The translations under genes were made by a program, and so were the position numbers. The notes below the pieces were generated by a model. The model saw only the letters and a list, made by a program, of their open reading frames with translations, was not told the DNA's origin and did no database searches. From the NCBI GenBank assembly GCA_963822945.1, contig CAWGJO010000020.1, positions 608,001 to 672,000 of the forward strand: a stretch of DNA of 64,000 bases. Reading direction: 5' to 3'. Source of the stretch: an uncultured Gemmatimonadaceae bacterium (GTDB taxonomy: Bacteria; Gemmatimonadota; Gemmatimonadetes; Gemmatimonadales; Gemmatimonadaceae). Shown piece by piece: positions 9,082-18,114 of this stretch. Numbering within the stretch: the first letter of the stretch is position 1; each line of letters starts with the position of its first letter.

Positions 9082-11499
9082 ATGCAGGGACTGCTTCGCG
9101 ACATCCGCTACGGCGTTCGCACGCTCATCAAGAGCCCTGGCCTCACCATCGTCGCCACCCTCGCGCTCACACTGGGCATTGGGCTCACGGCCACGATGTT
9201 CAGCATGGTCTACGGCGCGATCATGAAGGGCCTCCCGTACCCCGGAGGCGACCGCATCGTCGAGATCTACCGGACCATGCCGTCACGCGGCATCCGCCAG
9301 ATGGGCGTCCCGATCGCCGATTACGAGGACTACAAGGCCCGGCAGCGGAGCCTGGGCTCGATCGCCGCGTACTACACCGGCACCGTGAACGTGAGCGGCG
9401 CCGCGCAGGCCGAGCGCTACAGCGGGGCCTGGGTGACGGCCAGCACCTTCGACGTGGCACACGTCGCGCCGGCACTCGGCCGCACCTTCCGGCCCGGCGA
9501 GGACACCCCGAGCGGCGAGCGCGTGGCGATCATCAGCTACGCCGTCTGGCAGACCCGGTTCGGGGGCGATTCGAGCATCGTCGGGCAGGTGCTCCGCGCC
9601 AACGGCCAACCGTTCACGATCGTGGGCGTGATGCCGGAGGGCTACGCGTTCCCCGGCAATGCCAGGATCTGGCTCCCGCTCCAGATGGATCCACTGGCCC
9701 TGCCGCGGGGCGACGGACAGTCGTTGACGGTGGTCGGGATGCTCAAGCCCGGCACGACGCTCCAACAGGCCGACGCCGACTTCGACGGCATCGCGACGCG
9801 ACTGCAACACGAATTCAAGGATGCGAACGAGGGCATCGGTGCTCAGGTGCGTGGATTCGTCGACGCCGAACTGGGCCCGGAGCCAAAACGCCTGCTCTAC
9901 ACGATGCTCGGCGCCGTGTTCTTCGTGCTGCTCATTGCCTGCGCCAACGTCGCCAACCTTCTGCTCGACCGCGCGGCCCACAAGACCAAGGAGATCGGCA
10001 TCCGCACCGCGCTGGGCGCGAGCCGCGTCGCCGTGGTCCGCCAGTTCCTCGCCGAAGCGATGGTGCTGGCCCTGGCCGGCGCTGTGCTCGGCACCGCCTT
10101 CGCTTATGGCGCCGTCGATCTGTTCAACCGCGTCATGACGGCATCCACCGAGGTCCCCTTCTTCATCGACGTCCGCGTGAACGGGCCGGTGCTGCTGTTC
10201 GTGATCGGCGTGACGATGCTCGCCACGCTCTTCTCGGGACTCATCCCCGCCGTCCAGTCGTCGCGCACCGACATCAACGAGGTGCTCAAGGACGAGACGC
10301 GCGGCTCGTCGAGCCTGCGCATCGGCCGCATGAGCCGCGGCCTGGTCGTGTTCGAGATCGCGCTGTCGTGCGGACTCCTCGTGGCCGCCGGCCTCACGAT
10401 CCGGAGCGTTACCAATCTGCGCACCATGGACCCCGGGTTCCGCACGGCGAACGTGTTCACGGCACGCGTCGGGTTCCCTGCGGGATACACGGACACCATC
10501 ATGCGGCAGCAGTTCTTCGAACGGCTGCGCGAACGGCTGGCCGCGATTCCCGGCGTGCGCTCCGCCGCCATCATGTCGTCTCTGCCGGGCGTGGGCTCCG
10601 ACGGCGGCAGCTTCCAGGTGGAGGGCATCGCCTATCCCACCGACCGCGACTACCCCCGGTCCAACTGGTACACGGTGTCCCCCGGGTACTTCGAGACCTT
10701 CGGCATCCGCGTCAGCCAGGGTCGCGGCATCACGACCGCCGACCGCGTGGACGCCGCCCCCGTGGCGGTGGTGAATCGCGCATTCGCCGACAAGTACTTC
10801 CCGGGCCAGGACCCGATCGGGCGCCGCATCCGCCAGGGGGCGCACGTCGCGGCACTGCCCTGGATGACGATCGTGGGCGTGGTGCCCACCAACTTCTCCG
10901 GCGATCCGGACGAGCCCCGCCCACCTGCGTACTATGTCCCGTTGGCACAGCACAATCTGCAGTTCGCCAGCATGGCCGTGTACACTGCCGGTCCGCCGAT
11001 GGCGATCACGGCGCAGGTACGGGCCGCCGTGGCGTCGCTCAACCCCGACATCCCCATCTACTGGCCGTACTCCATGGATGAGGCGCTTGCGCGCCCCCTG
11101 TGGTTCATCCGCGTGTTCGGCACGATGTTCATGATCTTCGGCGTCATCGCGCTCTTCCTGGCCGCCGTCGGGCTCTACGCAGTGATGTCGTTCTCCGTCA
11201 GCCGCCGCGCCCGCGAGGTGGGCATTCGCATGGCGCTCGGCGCGCAGGGTGGCGACGTCGTGCGCATGATCTTCCGCCAGGGCGTGCTGCAGGTCGTGGT
11301 CGGGCTGGTGCTCGGCCTCTCGCTGGCCGCCACGGTCGCGCAGTTCATGAGCGTGGTGTTGTTCCAGGTCCGGCCGCGCGATCCCATGGTATTCGGCGGC
11401 GTGGCGGGAGTGCTCGCGGTCATCGGACTGGCGGCGTGCCTGGTGCCGGCACGGCGCGCCACGCGCGTGGATCCGCTGGTGGCCCTGCGCAGCGAATAG
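9082..11499 (+). CDS. ADOP/MacB-like duplicated ABC permease
   Basis: GGGGAG RBS then MQGLLRDIRYGVR; LLIACANVANLLL; two EIG/EVGIR-ALGA repeats; C-terminus PARRATRVDPLVALRSE. Confidence 0.9.
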   Translation: MQGLLRDIRYGVRTLIKSPGLTIVATLALTLGIGLTATMFSMVYGAIMKGLPYPGGDRIVEIYRTMPSRGIRQMGVPIADYEDYKARQRSLGSIAAYYTGTVNVSGAAQAERYSGAWVTASTFDVAHVAPALGRTFRPGEDTPSGERVAIISYAVWQTRFGGDSSIVGQVLRANGQPFTIVGVMPEGYAFPGNARIWLPLQMDPLALPRGDGQSLTVVGMLKPGTTLQQADADFDGIATRLQHEFKDANEGIGAQVRGFVDAELGPEPKRLLYTMLGAVFFVLLIACANVANLLLDRAAHKTKEIGIRTALGASRVAVVRQFLAEAMVLALAGAVLGTAFAYGAVDLFNRVMTASTEVPFFIDVRVNGPVLLFVIGVTMLATLFSGLIPAVQSSRTDINEVLKDETRGSSSLRIGRMSRGLVVFEIALSCGLLVAAGLTIRSVTNLRTMDPGFRTANVFTARVGFPAGYTDTIMRQQFFERLRERLAAIPGVRSAAIMSSLPGVGSDGGSFQVEGIAYPTDRDYPRSNWYTVSPGYFETFGIRVSQGRGITTADRVDAAPVAVVNRAFADKYFPGQDPIGRRIRQGAHVAALPWMTIVGVVPTNFSGDPDEPRPPAYYVPLAQHNLQFASMAVYTAGPPMAITAQVRAAVASLNPDIPIYWPYSMDEALARPLWFIRVFGTMFMIFGVIALFLAAVGLYAVMSFSVSRRAREVGIRMALGAQGGDVVRMIFRQGVLQVVVGLVLGLSLAATVAQFMSVVLFQVRPRDPMVFGGVAGVLAVIGLAACLVPARRATRVDPLVALRSE

Positions 11500-11506
11500 C
11501 GCCGAT

Positions 11507-11524
11507 CGCGCCGCGCGCGGCGCG
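11507..11524. terminator. Short GC inverted repeat between convergent genes
   Basis: cgcgccgc-gc-gcggcgcg; no clear U-tract. Confidence 0.3.
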
Positions 11525-11530
11525 GTTGCC

Positions 11531-13402
11531 CTACGACGCGGGGAGCGGCCGGTGATGCGGCGCGCGGCGCGCGGCCGACTCGGCACCGTCTGCCTCCGTG
11601 CCGAACCCGCTCCGCAGGAGTTCGGCGAACGCACCGTTCGCCGCCGCCAGTTCGTCCCACGTCCCGATCTCCACCACCCGGCCGCCGTCGACCACCACGA
11701 TGCGGTCGGCCTTGCGCACCGTCGACAGCCGGTGCGCGATCACCAGCGTGGTGCGTCCCCGCGTGGCAGCCTCGAGCGCGGCCTGCACGAACTCCTCCGA
11801 CACCGTGTCCAGGTGCGACGTCGCTTCGTCCAGGATCAACAGCCGTGGATTGCGCACGATGGCCCGCGCAATCGACAACCGCTGGCGCTGCCCACCCGAG
11901 AGCATGACCCCGCGCTCTCCGATGGGCGTCTCCAGCCGGTCGGGCAGCGACGCCAGCAGGTCGTCGAGATACGCCGAGTGCAGCGCGAATTCGATGTCCT
12001 CCTCCGTGGCCCATGAGCATCCGAATGCGACGTTGGCGCCCAGCGTGTCGTTGAACAGAAACGGATCCTGTTCCACGAGCGCCACGTGCTGGTGCCAGCT
12101 CTCGGGCGTGAAGCTCCAGTAGTCCACTCCGTCCACGAGCACGCTGCCCCCGGTGGGCTCCCGCAACCGGAGGAGCAGCGTGGCGAGTGTGGACTTGCCG
12201 CTTCCCGATTGCCCCACGAGCGCCACCGTCGTGCCGGCGGGAATGTCGAACGACACCCCCTCGAGCGCCGTGCGGTCGGGCCGGTACCGATACGTCAGTT
12301 CGCGCACCGCGACCCGCTCGCGCACGTCCTCGAACGTCGTCGTGCCGAACGCCCGCACGGGGAACTGCGGGGTGTCGAGCCAGCGCGTGATCTCGCGGAT
12401 GCTGCTCGACAGGAACAGCAGGTGCGCCTGGACGCCGAAGAACCGGTTCACCAGCGGCACGAGCCGCAGGAGCACGAGGCCGAACGCCGTCAGCTTGGCC
12501 GACGACATGGCGCCCGGCGCCACGAGGAAGGCGTACGCGCCGAGCAGCAGCGAGATGGCGGCGACCAGCGATCCGGTTTCGACGATCGGCTGCAGCACCG
12601 CCGCGGCCCGTTGATACCGCTCGTTGACCGTCGCCTGCCCGGTGTTGGTCTGCTCGAATCGTTCGGCTTCCAACCGCTGTGCGTTCGCCGCGCGGATCAC
12701 GCGCACGCCGTTGAACGCTTCGGCCGTCCGGCGGGCCAACTGCATGTTGCCGGACGTCATCTCGCGGCCCAGCCGGCCGAAGTGCCGGTACAGGCGGCCG
12801 ATGAGCGCGGCCCCGATCACGCCGGCCACCACCGTTCCGCCCCCGAGCAGCGGGGAGATCCAGATCAGCGCCCCGATGTAGAGCAGCCCCGTGCCGACCG
12901 TCTGGATCAGCCCGACGCCCACCGGCAGGCATTCCAGCGCGCGCCGGGATTCCTCGACGAACAGGCTGGAGAGTTCCGCCGACGAATGGTGGTCGAACAC
13001 GTCCAGCGGCGCCGCCTGCAGACGCGCGAACAGCACGCCGCGGATCCGCTCCATGGCCGTGCGTTGGATGCGGGCCAGGACGCTCGTGTTGACGTACAGG
13101 GACCCGTTCTTGAGGCCGATGGCCAGGATCACCGCGGCCCCGAACCCGCCCGCCAGCGTCACCGTCGACGCGCCCGGCGCCAGCCGCATCGCGAACGTCA
13201 GCAGCCGCGTGGTACCCGTCGCGGTTCCGAGCACGAGGTTGAGCAGCTGCGCCATCAGGCCGACGGCGGCAACTTCCATCACCATGGTGACCGCGGTCGT
13301 GACCACCACGATCACCACCGACGCCACCGTCAGCGGAATGAAGGGGCGCAGCTTCGCCAGACCGCGAGCCGCGTTTCGGAGGTCTCGAAGCGAATTCCGC
13401 AT
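11531..13402 (-). CDS. ABC exporter, fused permease/ATPase (MsbA-like)
   Basis: N-terminal TM domain; GQSGSGKST, LSGGQRQR, LILDEATS, IAHRLST. Confidence 0.9.
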   Translation of the reverse strand: MRNSLRDLRNAARGLAKLRPFIPLTVASVVIVVVTTAVTMVMEVAAVGLMAQLLNLVLGTATGTTRLLTFAMRLAPGASTVTLAGGFGAAVILAIGLKNGSLYVNTSVLARIQRTAMERIRGVLFARLQAAPLDVFDHHSSAELSSLFVEESRRALECLPVGVGLIQTVGTGLLYIGALIWISPLLGGGTVVAGVIGAALIGRLYRHFGRLGREMTSGNMQLARRTAEAFNGVRVIRAANAQRLEAERFEQTNTGQATVNERYQRAAAVLQPIVETGSLVAAISLLLGAYAFLVAPGAMSSAKLTAFGLVLLRLVPLVNRFFGVQAHLLFLSSSIREITRWLDTPQFPVRAFGTTTFEDVRERVAVRELTYRYRPDRTALEGVSFDIPAGTTVALVGQSGSGKSTLATLLLRLREPTGGSVLVDGVDYWSFTPESWHQHVALVEQDPFLFNDTLGANVAFGCSWATEEDIEFALHSAYLDDLLASLPDRLETPIGERGVMLSGGQRQRLSIARAIVRNPRLLILDEATSHLDTVSEEFVQAALEAATRGRTTLVIAHRLSTVRKADRIVVVDGGRVVEIGTWDELAAANGAFAELLRSGFGTEADGAESAARRAPHHRPLPAS

Positions 13403-13449
13403 TGGCGTCGGCTAAGTTACCGCATCGCGCGGCGCCACGATATGCGGCG

Positions 13450-13918
13450 CTATGGGGCGAGCAGTTCGAACGCGGCGCCGACCACGACCTCGCCCTCCAC
13501 CAGCACCCGCGCGTACACACGGCTCCACCCCGGGTGCGCCTTCTGCGCGATGCGCCCGAAGCGTCCATCCACGAAGTACGGGCGCAGGTTGTGGCAGGGG
13601 TTCGCATAGGCCGTGACCTCGGCCTCCACCGTTCCGGCGCGGAACCGCGTGCCCACGGTCATCGCGTCCCACGCGATGCCCCGGACGGTCAGATTCTCCC
13701 CCGTCGCGCCGGGCAGTACGCCGTGGCCTTCCGCGCGCAAGCGCGTCGAGGAGCTCGGCCGAGTAGACGCAGAGCGCGCGCTGCCGCCCGCCGTGATGCT
13801 CGAGATTACGCTGCCGGTCGCCGGCCAGCCCATCGACCGTCACCTTCGCCCGGTCGACGGGGAGCTTCGGTACACCGCCCGCGGAAACGTTGATCGAGAC
13901 CACCTCCCCACGCGCCAT
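13450..13918 (-). pseudogene. MOSC-domain protein with a 1-bp frameshift near 13740 (probably a sequence error)
   Basis: MARGEVVSINVSAGGVPK..GLAGD..HGG..RALC in one frame; GENLTVRG..NPCHNL..GWSRVYARVL in another. Confidence 0.75.
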
Positions 13919-15156
13919 CAGAAGTAGATCCTCGCCGGTTCGACCTTGGTGGGAATCTCCCCGACCTCCACACGCACCGGAATCCCGCCGTTGCTCGTGC
14001 TGAGCACCGGGCGCATGGCGAAGCCCAGTTGCGACGTCAACTTCGCATCGGGACTCAGCAACGCCAACCGCCACCCGCCGCAGTGCCGCCGCAGCACGTG
14101 CCCGAGCTGCGCGTACAGGTTCCGGACCTCGTGACGGTCGCCCACGCGTACGCCATACGGTGGATTGGCCGCCACCAGCCCGGGCCCCGCCGGCGGTGAG
14201 ATGGCGGACACCGCGTGCACCGCAAGCGCGAGGTCTTCCGAGACGCCGGCTCGCTCGGCGTTGGCGCGCGCCGCGTCGATGGCCCCGGGATCACGGTCGG
14301 AGCCGTGGATCGCCACGGGGCTGCCGGGCAGGACCTGCGCGCCGGCCTCGTCGAGCAGCCGGGCGAACACGTCCCGCGGAAACTCGGGCCACTCGACGCA
14401 CGCAAACTGGCGCCGGAGGCCGGGCGCGATGCGCCGCGCGATCATCGCGGCCTCAATGGGAATCGTTCCCGAGCCGCAGAGCGGATCCACCAGCGGCGTC
14501 GTGCCGCGCCAGTCGGCCGCGAGCAGCAGCGCCGCGGCCAGCGTTTCGCGCAGCGGCGCCTTGGCCACGGCCTGCCGGTAACCGCGCAGATGCAGCAGGG
14601 CGCCCGAACTGTCGGCGCTCACCGTGCACTCGTCGTGCGCAATCCGCACCACGAACAGTTGCTCGCGCCCGGCGTCCGCGGTCTCGTCGTCGTCCGCGCC
14701 CCCGGGAGTCGTGAACGTGCTGGCCGCGCCGAGGCGGTGCTCGATGGCGGCTGCCAGCCGTTCGGCCACGGCGTCCGAATGGTAGAGGCGCGACTTGCGG
14801 CAGGTGACCCGAAATCGCACCGCGCCTCCCGGCGCGACGAACCGTTCCCAGGGAATGCGCCGCGCGTGCCGCTCCAGTTCGTAGAACGCGCGGGCCCGGA
14901 AGCGGGCCGTCCGGACCACGATGCGGCTGGCGGTGCGGAGCCAGAGATTCGCCCGGCACAGCGATTCGGCGTCCCCCTGCCAGGCGACGCCTCCTCCGCC
15001 CGCTTCGATCCGCGGCGCCTCGCCGAGCGCCGTGAGTTCGCGCGCCACCAGCGGCTCCAGTCCCGGCGCCGCGATGGCGAAGCATTCGAACGGGTTATTC
15101 GCTGCGCTGGAGGGCGGCGGCGTTCGTGACACCGGGGCGGGTCCTGACCGGTTCAT
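13918..15156 (-). CDS. THUMP-domain class I SAM RNA methyltransferase (RlmL/YpsC-like)
   Basis: APGLEPLVAREL, NLWLRTASR, LHLRGYR, APLRETLAAA, DPLCGSGTIPIEAA, NPPYG. Confidence 0.88.
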   Translation of the reverse strand: MNRSGPAPVSRTPPPSSAANNPFECFAIAAPGLEPLVARELTALGEAPRIEAGGGGVAWQGDAESLCRANLWLRTASRIVVRTARFRARAFYELERHARRIPWERFVAPGGAVRFRVTCRKSRLYHSDAVAERLAAAIEHRLGAASTFTTPGGADDDETADAGREQLFVVRIAHDECTVSADSSGALLHLRGYRQAVAKAPLRETLAAALLLAADWRGTTPLVDPLCGSGTIPIEAAMIARRIAPGLRRQFACVEWPEFPRDVFARLLDEAGAQVLPGSPVAIHGSDRDPGAIDAARANAERAGVSEDLALAVHAVSAISPPAGPGLVAANPPYGVRVGDRHEVRNLYAQLGHVLRRHCGGWRLALLSPDAKLTSQLGFAMRPVLSTSNGGIPVRVEVGEIPTKVEPARIYF

Positions 15157-15763
15157 GCCCCCGCGCGCTCCATCGCCGGACCACCCGGTACGCGAGCAGC
15201 ACGATGAAGACCGCGAGGTACACGAGGGGAAACAGCGTGTCCTTCTTCACGGCCCAAAGGTAGTGGACCGTCCCCCCGATCGCGATCAGATAGATGAGCT
15301 GGTGCAGGCGACGCCACCGTCGGCCGCCAAGCCGGCGCACCCACGCGTTGGTGGACGTCAGCGCGAGCGGGATCAGCAACACGAAGCTCGCCATCCCGAC
15401 CAGAATGTACCGGTGCTTCACGATCTCGCCGCCCATCAGGCCCCATGCGAAGAACCAGTCCACCCCCACCCACATCGACAGGTGCACGAACGCATAGAAG
15501 AACGTGAACAACCCGAACATGCGGCGGTACTTGGCGAGCACGCCCAGGTGCAGCAGTTGCCGCGCCGGGGTCACGGCCAGCGTGATGGCCAGGAAGCGCA
15601 GCGTCCAGAGCCCCGTGAAGATCTCGGCTTCCTCGATCGGATTCACGCCCAGGCCGTCGGGATGCAGCGCGCGCCAGGTGAGATCGGCGGCGGGCAGCAG
15701 GCACACCGCGAACACCGCCGGCTTGAGCCAGCGCTGGCGTGCCAGGGTTTGAGACAGGGTCAG
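15095..15763 (-). CDS. msrQ: Methionine sulfoxide reductase heme-binding subunit
   Basis: [47 protein letters not shown]; directly downstream of msrP. Both start (possibly CTG) and stop are uncertain. Confidence 0.85.
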   Translation of the reverse strand: MTLSQTLARQRWLKPAVFAVCLLPAADLTWRALHPDGLGVNPIEEAEIFTGLWTLRFLAITLAVTPARQLLHLGVLAKYRRMFGLFTFFYAFVHLSMWVGVDWFFAWGLMGGEIVKHRYILVGMASFVLLIPLALTSTNAWVRRLGGRRWRRLHQLIYLIAIGGTVHYLWAVKKDTLFPLVYLAVFIVLLAYRVVRRWSARGHEPVRTRPGVTNAAALQRSE

Positions 15764-16686
15764 AAATACTTCCTCAGATCCATGCCCGCGTACATCGACG
15801 CCACCTGGTCGCCGTAGCCGTTGAACATCAGCGTGGGGCGCCGACGGAATTCTCCGATGCGACGCTCCACCGACTGCGTCCATCGCGGATGATCGACGTG
15901 CGGATTCACATTGGCGTAGAAGCCGTACTCGTCGGGCGCGGCCAACATCCATGCCGTCATCGGCTGCTGCTCCACGAACTCGATCTTCACGATCGCCTTG
16001 ATGCCCTTGAACCCGTACTTCCACGGAACCACGAGCCGCACGGGCGCGCCGTCCTGATTGGGCAGCGTCTTGCCGTAGAGCCCCGTGACGAGAAGGGTGA
16101 GCGGATGCATCGCCTCGTCCATGCGCAGGCCCTCCACGTACGGCCACTGCAGCACGGCACGCCGCTGCCCCGGCATCTGATCCGGATCGTACAGCGTCGT
16201 GAACTTCACGTACTTGGCGCCCGGGTCCGGCTCGAAACGCTTCAACACGTCGGCCAGCACGTATCCGTTCCACGGAATCACCATCGACCACGCTTCCACG
16301 CACCGCAGCCGGTACACGCGGTCGACGCGGTTGGCCGGCTTGAACAGATCCTCGTACCGGTAGTGGCCCGGCTTCTTGCACAGACCGGCTACCTCGATGG
16401 ACCAGGGCTGCGTGCGGAACTGCTGCGCGTTGGCCTTGGGGTCGGACTTCTGGGTGCCGAACTCGTAGTAGTTGTTGTACGAGGTGATCTGGTCCCAGGT
16501 GTTGAGCTTGTCCTCCGGCGGGCCGTCGTTCACGAGGGCCCCGTGCAGCAGACCGGGCGCCAGGGCACCGCCGGCCGCGATCGCACCCACACCGCCGGCC
16601 ATCTTCAGAAACGACCGGCGGTTCAGGTAGTCGCGCTCCGGCGTGATTTCGGAAGAGGGGATGTCGTTCGGCTTCTTGATCAGCAT
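15760..16686 (-). CDS. msrP: Methionine sulfoxide reductase catalytic subunit (molybdopterin, Tat-exported)
   Basis: SEITPE..LNRRSFL Tat signal, [44 protein letters not shown]. Confidence 0.95.
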   Translation of the reverse strand: MLIKKPNDIPSSEITPERDYLNRRSFLKMAGGVGAIAAGGALAPGLLHGALVNDGPPEDKLNTWDQITSYNNYYEFGTQKSDPKANAQQFRTQPWSIEVAGLCKKPGHYRYEDLFKPANRVDRVYRLRCVEAWSMVIPWNGYVLADVLKRFEPDPGAKYVKFTTLYDPDQMPGQRRAVLQWPYVEGLRMDEAMHPLTLLVTGLYGKTLPNQDGAPVRLVVPWKYGFKGIKAIVKIEFVEQQPMTAWMLAAPDEYGFYANVNPHVDHPRWTQSVERRIGEFRRRPTLMFNGYGDQVASMYAGMDLRKYF

Positions 16687-16835
16687 GGTCGTTCCTCGCG
16701 GGTGATGGCGTCCCGTCCCGCAAACATACCGGGTTCGCGTTCGATGAGTTCCCCGTTTTGGCAGACCGGGCCCCCGGTGCTGTCAACACGGACCACGCGG
16801 CGCGTTGCGAGTTTGCCACTTTGGCCGCGCGGGCA

Positions 16836-16851
16836 TGGCACGTCTCGTGCC
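16836..16851 (+). promoter_or_regulatory. Putative sigma-54 (-24/-12) promoter of hsp20
   Basis: TGGCACGTCTCGTGCC has GG-N10-GC spacing, about 85 bp upstream of the ATG. Confidence 0.6.
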
Positions 16852-16934
16852 TTCAAGCGCAGGTGAGGCGCGGGCTGCCGGTTGGCATCGCCCTGACGCC
16901 CAATCCATCGAATGCTCTCTTCAGGAGGATCGCC

Positions 16935-17387
16935 ATGATCGCCACTCGTTCCCTCTCGTCCACTCTGGACCGGATGCTCTCGCTCAACCGCGCGCTCGAC
17001 GGTGCCTTCACCGGCCCGCGTCAGGCGTTCGACGGCCACCTGTGGGTGCCGGCGCTCGACGTCGCCGAGCGCAAGGACGCGTACCTCGTCACCGTCGAAC
17101 TGCCGGGGGTCGACCCCAAGGACGTGGACATCAGCTTCGAACAGAACGTACTGACGGTGCGCGGCACCAAGGCCTCCACGCTCGTCGCCGGCGACAACGA
17201 GATGCGCGTGTACGCCAACGAGCGCGTCTCGGGCATGTTCGAGCGGTCGATCCGCCTGCCCGAGTTCGTGGACGGTGACAACATCACCGCGCAGTCGGCC
17301 AACGGCCTCCTCGAGATCACGATTCCCAAGGCGCAGGTTGCACAGCCGCGGAAGATCGAGATCAAGGCGGCCACGCCCGTCGGCTGA
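16935..17387 (+). CDS. Hsp20/alpha-crystallin small heat shock protein
   Basis: AGGAGG RBS; WVPALDVAE, ELPGV, ER.SGMFERSIRLP, NGLLEITIPK, PRKIEI. Confidence 0.93.
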   Translation: MIATRSLSSTLDRMLSLNRALDGAFTGPRQAFDGHLWVPALDVAERKDAYLVTVELPGVDPKDVDISFEQNVLTVRGTKASTLVAGDNEMRVYANERVSGMFERSIRLPEFVDGDNITAQSANGLLEITIPKAQVAQPRKIEIKAATPVG

Positions 17388-17414
17388 TCGGGTCGGTTGG
17401 ACCGCTCGTAGAAT

Positions 17415-17452
17415 CGCCGCGCCGGGCCCGCTGACCCGGCGCGGCGCTTTCG
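17415..17452 (+). terminator. Intrinsic terminator-like hairpin after hsp20
   Basis: 12-bp stem cgccgcgccggg/cccggcgcggcg followed by ctttcgt. Confidence 0.6.
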
Positions 17453-17459
17453 TATCCGC

Positions 17460-17500
17460 TTGACATTCATACGATCGTATCATATCATACGAACGTATGA
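17460..17500 (+). promoter_or_regulatory. Sigma-70 promoter with two tandem palindromic operators
   Basis: TTGACA(17460)-17 nt-TATCAT(17483); palindromes TCATACGATCGTATCA (17467-17482) and TCATACGAACGTATGA (17485-17500). Confidence 0.8.
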
Positions 17501-18114
17501 CTGACACGACCTCCACACGCGAGCGCATCCTCGCCGTCGCCCGAGAACTCTTCACCGCCCGCGGATTCGACTCCGTTTCCGTTCGCGACATCGTCTCGGC
17601 GGCCAACGTCAACCTCGGGGCCGTCACGTACCACTTCGGCTCGAAGGAAGCGCTCTACCACGCCGCCCTGGAGTCGATGGCCGATCCGTTCGCCGCCCGC
17701 ATTGCCGAACTCGCGGCCGGACCCGGCGCGCCCCTCGATCGCATCGAAGGCATCGTGCGCGGCGCCCTCGCGCACCTGCTCGACGACCCGGGGCCGCCCG
17801 TCGTGCTGCTCCGTGAACTCGCCAGCGACCGCCCGCTGCCGCCACCGATCGCCTCGCTCATGCGCCGCAACCTCGGCGCCGTCTCGGCCCTCATCGTCGA
17901 GGGGCAGCGGGACGGCACCATTCGCGCCGGCGACCCCGCGCTGCTCGCCATCACCGTGATGTCGCAGCCGTTCTTCGTCCGGGCGGCGCGCCGTGTGGTG
18001 AGCGTCGCGCTCGGGGTCGATCCCAACGCGGCCGGGCAACAGGAGCGCATTACCGAACACGTGGTCAAGAGCGTTCGCCACTCCATCGCCAACACGCCGC
18101 AGGTCTCATCATGA
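17497..18114 (+). CDS. TetR/AcrR family regulator (CecR-like)
   Basis: TRERILAVARELF..GFDSVSVRDI..AVTYHFGSKEALY HTH. Confidence 0.92.
   Translation: MTDTTSTRERILAVARELFTARGFDSVSVRDIVSAANVNLGAVTYHFGSKEALYHAALESMADPFAARIAELAAGPGAPLDRIEGIVRGALAHLLDDPGPPVVLLRELASDRPLPPPIASLMRRNLGAVSALIVEGQRDGTIRAGDPALLAITVMSQPFFVRAARRVVSVALGVDPNAAGQQERITEHVVKSVRHSIANTPQVSS

Noticed and set aside
15095..15162. 62-bp overlap between msrQ and the methyltransferase
   Set aside because: One extra G in the G5 tract would give an ordinary ATGA overlap; likely an indel error or a later start.
16758..16786. Possible CIRCE (HrcA) element upstream of hsp20
   Set aside because: The right arm and spacing do not fit TTAGCACTC-N9-GAGTGCTAA; kept only as a generic inverted repeat.
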